This document shows positions 59,970-64,000 of a DNA stretch of 64,000 bases, piece after piece (positions within the stretch are counted from its first letter, which is position 1; the number at the start of each line of letters is the position of its first letter). The notes beneath the pieces are model-generated. The model did no database searches and had not been told where the DNA came from. It saw only the letters and a list, made by a program, of their open reading frames with translations. A program made the position numbers and the translations under genes. This DNA is from an uncultured Candidatus Binatia bacterium (lineage in GTDB: Bacteria > Desulfobacterota > Binatia > Bin18): NCBI GenBank assembly GCA_965232605.1, contig CBDDQA010000006.1, positions 159,077-223,076 on the forward strand. The letters run 5' to 3'.

Positions 59970-60202
59970 TATGCAGTTTCGAGATGGATCTCTTCGGCCC
60001 GAACGAGTTCCGTAGCATAGGCCATACAGGCTTTCACATCGTCAATATCAAGGTCGGGGTAATACTTTTCACTAATCTCCTCAAAGGAAATGCCTTCTTG
60101 GGCCAGTTCCAGAACATGCTCAACTAATATCCGTGTCCCCCGGATACACGGTTTTCCGAAATGGACTTGTGAGTCCACACTGAGACGGTCACGATACTTC
60201 AT
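59969..60202 (-). CDS. DUF433-domain protein (antitoxin-like), pair 2.
   Basis: VHFGKPCIRGTRILVEHVLEL motif. Overlapping start and stop with the DUF5615 gene. Confidence 0.8.
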   Translation of the reverse strand: MKYRDRLSVDSQVHFGKPCIRGTRILVEHVLELAQEGISFEEISEKYYPDLDIDDVKACMAYATELVRAEEIHLETA

Positions 60203-60292
60203 AGAATGTCCACCCCCCTGAGTGTCAGTCTGAGATATCTGAGCGTGCCTCTGAGATAAACAGTCACCTCACCCCTGCTCGTTCAACCACAC

Positions 60293-61177
60293 TTAACGTG
60301 GGTCGTTGGGAAGCGCACGCTGAGTGAAACCGACAACCATGCCAAAGGCTTGCTCCGGCCCGAGAATGATGGTGTCTGCGCCGTCCGGTTCGGGTCGGAG
60401 TTGCTTGTCTCTCAGAAAGTCCTGGGCTTGGCCGAGGTTCGCGGTCTTGAATATCAGGGAATAAATGCCCTCGCCGTTTTGCTCCAACTCTTGGCCTTCC
60501 GGGCTGGTCGCAGAGAGCGGCTGGACCAGTTCCACGATCGTATCTTCCCCAATAGCAACAAAGGCACTCTGCTTGCGGCCCTCGGTGTGCTCCTCGTGGA
60601 GCAGGGTTCCGTCCAGCATGTCGCAATACAACCGCTTGGCCGCGGACAGGTCTCTGACGACGACACCGATATGCGAGGCGCGCTGGATGCCGAGCGGATG
60701 CTGGCGCCAGGGGTCGCTGGACCAATCCGGTTCCAGGCGCGGATCGGCGATGTAATCGCCGGACAGGGCAAACTCCAGTTGACCGGGGGTCTGTCTCGGA
60801 TGCGTCCAGATGGCCGCCGTGTCATACGGTGGCTTTACCGTTTTGCCGACCAGGTTATACAGCCGCAGGCCGGCCGTATCGAGCCGGGCGGCAATGGCCG
60901 CAACATCATCCACATACCAGGCGATGGAGTGGAAGTGCCGCCCGAAACGGTCGTGAAATTTTTTCACCGACGGGTTTTTGAGGTTCTCCACGCGGGCGGG
61001 CATCATCGGCTCCATGATGACGTCCCCGATGGCAATCAGGGAGGCGTTGCGTCCGGCCAGCTCTTCATAGCCGTTATAGAAGCGCGTGACCGAGAACACG
61101 TCGTCATACCACCGGTCAACAGCTTCGAGGTCGTCCACAACATGGGTGAGATGAAACAGCTTGCCTATGGTGAACAT
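60293..61177 (-). CDS. Two-module VOC-family protein (glyoxalase/extradiol-dioxygenase fold).
   Basis: Two beta-alpha-beta-beta-beta modules with His/Glu metal-ligand pattern. GGGGAGG RBS. Confidence 0.75.
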   Translation of the reverse strand: MFTIGKLFHLTHVVDDLEAVDRWYDDVFSVTRFYNGYEELAGRNASLIAIGDVIMEPMMPARVENLKNPSVKKFHDRFGRHFHSIAWYVDDVAAIAARLDTAGLRLYNLVGKTVKPPYDTAAIWTHPRQTPGQLEFALSGDYIADPRLEPDWSSDPWRQHPLGIQRASHIGVVVRDLSAAKRLYCDMLDGTLLHEEHTEGRKQSAFVAIGEDTIVELVQPLSATSPEGQELEQNGEGIYSLIFKTANLGQAQDFLRDKQLRPEPDGADTIILGPEQAFGMVVGFTQRALPNDPR

Positions 61178-61232
61178 GCTTGCCTCCCCTTGCTCTGCAC
61201 GCGCCCGCCCAGTCACAGCCGCGCCGATTTGC

Positions 61233-61691
61233 TCAGTCGTTGTTGGCCCAGCTCTCTTCGTAGTTCGTGCTCATGCGGCCACGCGCGCGGAGGTGCTGTA
61301 TCTTCCACTCCCCATTGACTCTGACGTAATCGTCTTCATAGCGCGCCGCCAGCCACTTGGCCTGATTGTCCTTGTAGAACGTGAACGGCCCAAAGAAGTA
61401 CCAGATGCCCGTAGCCCGCTCCCCGTCGATTTTGATGATCGGATTCATCACCTGGTGTTGAGAGAAACTGATCATCGTCTGGAATTTTTTGAACAGCTCA
61501 CGAATGGCCGTATGGCCCTGGGCCTTGCCGAAACCCGCGCCTTCCCAGATGCCGTCTTCGGCAAAAATCGTGGTGATACGCTCCGGGTTGTGGTCGTCAT
61601 CGCAAATATCGCAGTAGGTGGCCTTGAGCTGTTTGATGGCCTCAAGGTCTTCAATCCGCGTGATACGTTGTTCCAACTCGGTCATATCCAT
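61233..61691 (-). CDS. NTF2-like (SnoaL/DUF4440-type) protein.
   Basis: Family-typical length and pattern. Confidence 0.7.
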   Translation of the reverse strand: MDMTELEQRITRIEDLEAIKQLKATYCDICDDDHNPERITTIFAEDGIWEGAGFGKAQGHTAIRELFKKFQTMISFSQHQVMNPIIKIDGERATGIWYFFGPFTFYKDNQAKWLAARYEDDYVRVNGEWKIQHLRARGRMSTNYEESWANND

Positions 61692-61720
61692 TGGTGTCCG
61701 CTCCTTTCTTCGTTTCGGGC

Positions 61721-63424
61721 TTATTGCTCATAAGTGCGGAGCACCTGCCCCGGCAGGCCGCCGACATATTCTCCCTCTTCGTACAGTACGTGTCCGTTCA
61801 CAATCGTGTGGGTGATCCCTTCCGACTGCGTGACGAGCCGACGGCCGCCGCCGGGTAAATCATGCCGAACCTCCGGGCGTTCCGGGGAGCGCACGGTGTT
61901 CAGGTCGAAAATGGTGATGTCCGCCGCCATGCCGGGCCGCAAGAGGCCGCGCTGGGACAGGCCGAAATACTGCGCTGGCTCGGAGGTGATACGCTTCACC
62001 GCATGTTCCAGCGTAATCGCCTGTTTGTCGCGCACGAAGGTGCCCAACAGATAGGTTGGATAGCCGGCGTTACACAGCATATCGACGTGCGCGCCACCGT
62101 CGGAGATACCGATCAGCGTGCGCGGGTCGCTGAACTTCCGTGCGACCCGTTCTTCGTTGATGTCGAGCCGCGGCAGCATATAGTCGAGCCCGAGCCCATC
62201 TTCAAGCGAGACATCAAAGAAGGCGTCGAGCGGCGCCGCGCCACGCTCCTGAGCTATCTGGGCGATCGTTTTCCACTCGAGCGCCTTGAGGGCGGGCCGC
62301 GTGGCTTCCTTTACCTGGGTATTCTTCCAGATGTCGCGAAAAAGCGGACGGTGTTCCAGGTCGGCGGCAAAGGCGCGGCGAAACGCCGCGTCCGCATAGG
62401 TCCGCTTTTGATCTTCGAGCGAGGCATCACCGAATACCGGCTTCATGGAGCGCAGACTGGCGAACAGGAACGGGTTGCGCAGATTAAACTCGACCGTCAG
62501 TGGCCGCACGGCCACCTGAGGGCGGCAACCGCGGGCCAGCAGCGGCGCAACCTGGTCCAGGGTGTCGGTCCAGGCTGTTGGCGCATCGTCCCGGTCGCGC
62601 AGATTGAGCCAGGTGACGGGCCGTCCGCTCTCGGCCGCGAGCAGCTCAAGCAGCGCGTATTCTTTTGCGGAAACCGTGCTCGGCTGTTTCGTCAGCGCGA
62701 TTTCAATTGTGCCGCGGCCGCGTTCTGCGAGGAGCCTGGAATAGGTCCGCAGTTCATCCCGGCTTGCCAGACGGCAGGCCAGCGGTTTGGCTTTGTAGCC
62801 GATATGCTGGGGCAGGACCGTGAGCGAGAAGCCGAGTGCGCCAGCGTCAAGCGCCTCGCCCAGCAGCGCGCCGATCTTCTCCGTTTCACCCTGTGTCGCC
62901 TCACGCTCCATAGCGTCGTTCCCCATGACGAACTGACGGAACGGCGACAGGGCGGCCAGAAATCCGACGTTGATACCAACCCCGCGCTGAGCCGCCGCGG
63001 CCATATACTGCGGGAAACTTTCCCAGTCCCACGGGAGGCCCTGGCTGAGGACTTCATACGGAATCGCCTCAACGTGGACGAGGTTCGAGGTCGCAATATC
63101 GCGCTCTTCGGGCCGACAGGGAGCCAGTCCGACACCGCAGTTGCCCATGATGACGCTGGTCACGCCATGCCAGGATGAACAGGTGACCAGCGGATCCCAA
63201 CAGATTTGGGCATCATAATGGGTATGCGGATCAATAAAGCCCGGCGCAACAATGAGGTCGGCGGCGTCGATGACGCGCGTGGCTCCAGCCGTGATTCTGT
63301 CCGAGCCCTTACCTATCTCGACGATACGACCGGCCCGGACGGCCAGGTCGGCCCGAAAAGCGGGCTGCCCGCTGCCATCGACGAGGGTCCCGTTTTTTAT
63401 GAGTAGATCGTAGGCCATTGTCAT
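61721..63424 (-). CDS. N-acyl-D-amino-acid deacylase (D-aminoacylase) family amidohydrolase.
   Basis: GFIDPHTH metal site, 567 aa. Confidence 0.85.
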   Translation of the reverse strand: MTMAYDLLIKNGTLVDGSGQPAFRADLAVRAGRIVEIGKGSDRITAGATRVIDAADLIVAPGFIDPHTHYDAQICWDPLVTCSSWHGVTSVIMGNCGVGLAPCRPEERDIATSNLVHVEAIPYEVLSQGLPWDWESFPQYMAAAAQRGVGINVGFLAALSPFRQFVMGNDAMEREATQGETEKIGALLGEALDAGALGFSLTVLPQHIGYKAKPLACRLASRDELRTYSRLLAERGRGTIEIALTKQPSTVSAKEYALLELLAAESGRPVTWLNLRDRDDAPTAWTDTLDQVAPLLARGCRPQVAVRPLTVEFNLRNPFLFASLRSMKPVFGDASLEDQKRTYADAAFRRAFAADLEHRPLFRDIWKNTQVKEATRPALKALEWKTIAQIAQERGAAPLDAFFDVSLEDGLGLDYMLPRLDINEERVARKFSDPRTLIGISDGGAHVDMLCNAGYPTYLLGTFVRDKQAITLEHAVKRITSEPAQYFGLSQRGLLRPGMAADITIFDLNTVRSPERPEVRHDLPGGGRRLVTQSEGITHTIVNGHVLYEEGEYVGGLPGQVLRTYEQ

Positions 63425-63453
63425 TACTCCCCTTTTTGGGCTCCGGGGCGAGA

Positions 63454-63999
63454 CTAATCACTGCCCGTGGCCAGCGCAAGTTCGGGCTGCTCCCCAGGCT
63501 GTCCGATCTGCCATTCACGGGCGAGGTCCTGAGCCCGTACCATGCGGGCATAGGCCCGGTTGTGGACCAGCAGACTCTCGTGTGTGCCTTGCTCCACCAC
63601 CCGGCCGTGGTCCAGGACCACGATCAGGTCGGCGTTGCGGATGGTGCTGAGACGGTGGGCTATGGCCACGGTGGTGCGCTGGGCGGTGAGCCGCGAAATC
63701 GCCTCCTGGATCAAATGTTCGGTTTCGGTGTCGACCGACGAGGTCGCCTCGTCGAGGATCAGAACGGGGGCGTCTTTGAGCAGCGCCCGCGCAATGGACA
63801 GACGCTGCTTCTGCCCCGCGGATAAGCGGACCCCGCGCTCGCCAATCAGGGTGTCATAGCCCTGGGGCAAGTCGCGGATGAATTCCTCGGCATTGGCCGC
63901 CTGCGCCGCGGCGCGCAGCTCGGCCTCCGAGGCGTCCGGCCGGCCAAAGAGAAGATTCTGGCGAACGGTGCCGTGGAAGAGAAAGACATCCTGCAACAC
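63454..63999 (-). CDS. ABC transporter ATP-binding domain (C-terminal part of an exporter-type ABC protein). Partial, runs off the window end.
   Basis: LSGGQKQR signature, Walker B ILDEATS, H-loop AHRL. Confidence 0.8.
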   Translation of the reverse strand: MLQDVFLFHGTVRQNLLFGRPDASEAELRAAAQAANAEEFIRDLPQGYDTLIGERGVRLSAGQKQRLSIARALLKDAPVLILDEATSSVDTETEHLIQEAISRLTAQRTTVAIAHRLSTIRNADLIVVLDHGRVVEQGTHESLLVHNRAYARMVRAQDLAREWQIGQPGEQPELALATGSD

Positions 64000-64000
64000 C

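Noticed and set aside
1-64000. Search for tRNA/rRNA genes and CRISPR arrays.
   Set aside because: No cloverleaf-compatible GTTC...GAATCC-type T-arm contexts, no rRNA-like conserved blocks, and no regularly spaced direct repeats found on visual scan.

Overview
This is a high-GC (about 62-65%) bacterial chromosomal window, densely coded on both strands, with strong AGGAGG-type ribosome-binding sites (RBS) and frequent ATGA/overlapping start-stop coupling. I found no rRNA, tRNA, CRISPR array or transposase. It splits into two parts. (1) A defence/mobile-like left end (1 to ~7.1 kb and 15.5 to 18.3 kb). It holds a type I restriction-modification locus whose hsdS carries an N-terminal minimal-nucleotidyltransferase (MNT) domain and an in-frame DUF559 (Vsr-like endonuclease) insertion flanked by palindromes. 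Downstream are an orphan Phd/YefM-like antitoxin, hsdR, a vapBC cassette bracketed by duplicated hsdR 5' remnants and a duplicated ~99-bp copy of the coxL promoter/start region, and a lower-GC islet with a DUF433/DUF5615 toxin-antitoxin (TA)-like pair plus a stand-alone UvrD-like SF1 helicase. (2) A very large block of small-molecule catabolic enzymes with no regulators or transporters. It includes four full-length and one truncated Rieske oxygenase alpha subunits, three of them translationally coupled to a conserved ~110-aa protein I do not recognise; three luciferase-like (LLM) flavin monooxygenases, an HpaB-family monooxygenase and a Baeyer-Villiger monooxygenase; two amidase-signature enzymes each preceded by a GatC/AtzG-like mini-protein; five amidohydrolase-fold enzymes and two ATC-hydrolase-like proteins; two short-chain dehydrogenases (SDRs), two alpha/beta hydrolases and two polysaccharide deacetylases; two family III CoA-transferases, a thiolase, an acyl-CoA dehydrogenase and an MhpD-like hydratase; cupin, VOC, NTF2-like, RidA and dienelactone hydrolase proteins. 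The most striking single gene is an AhpD/carboxymuconolactone-decarboxylase-family ORF interrupted by an in-frame TGA exactly at the second Cys of the CxxC motif and followed immediately by a SECIS-like hairpin, making it a candidate CxxU selenoprotein. Other noteworthy items are a tandem duplication of STAS anti-sigma-antagonist genes, an orphan hicB flanked by REP-like hairpin repeats, and a REP/MITE-like repeat family in convergent intergenic gaps. All calls are from reading the sequence and the ORF translations. Internal start codons were placed by amino-acid offset within tracked ORFs and may be off by a few codons.
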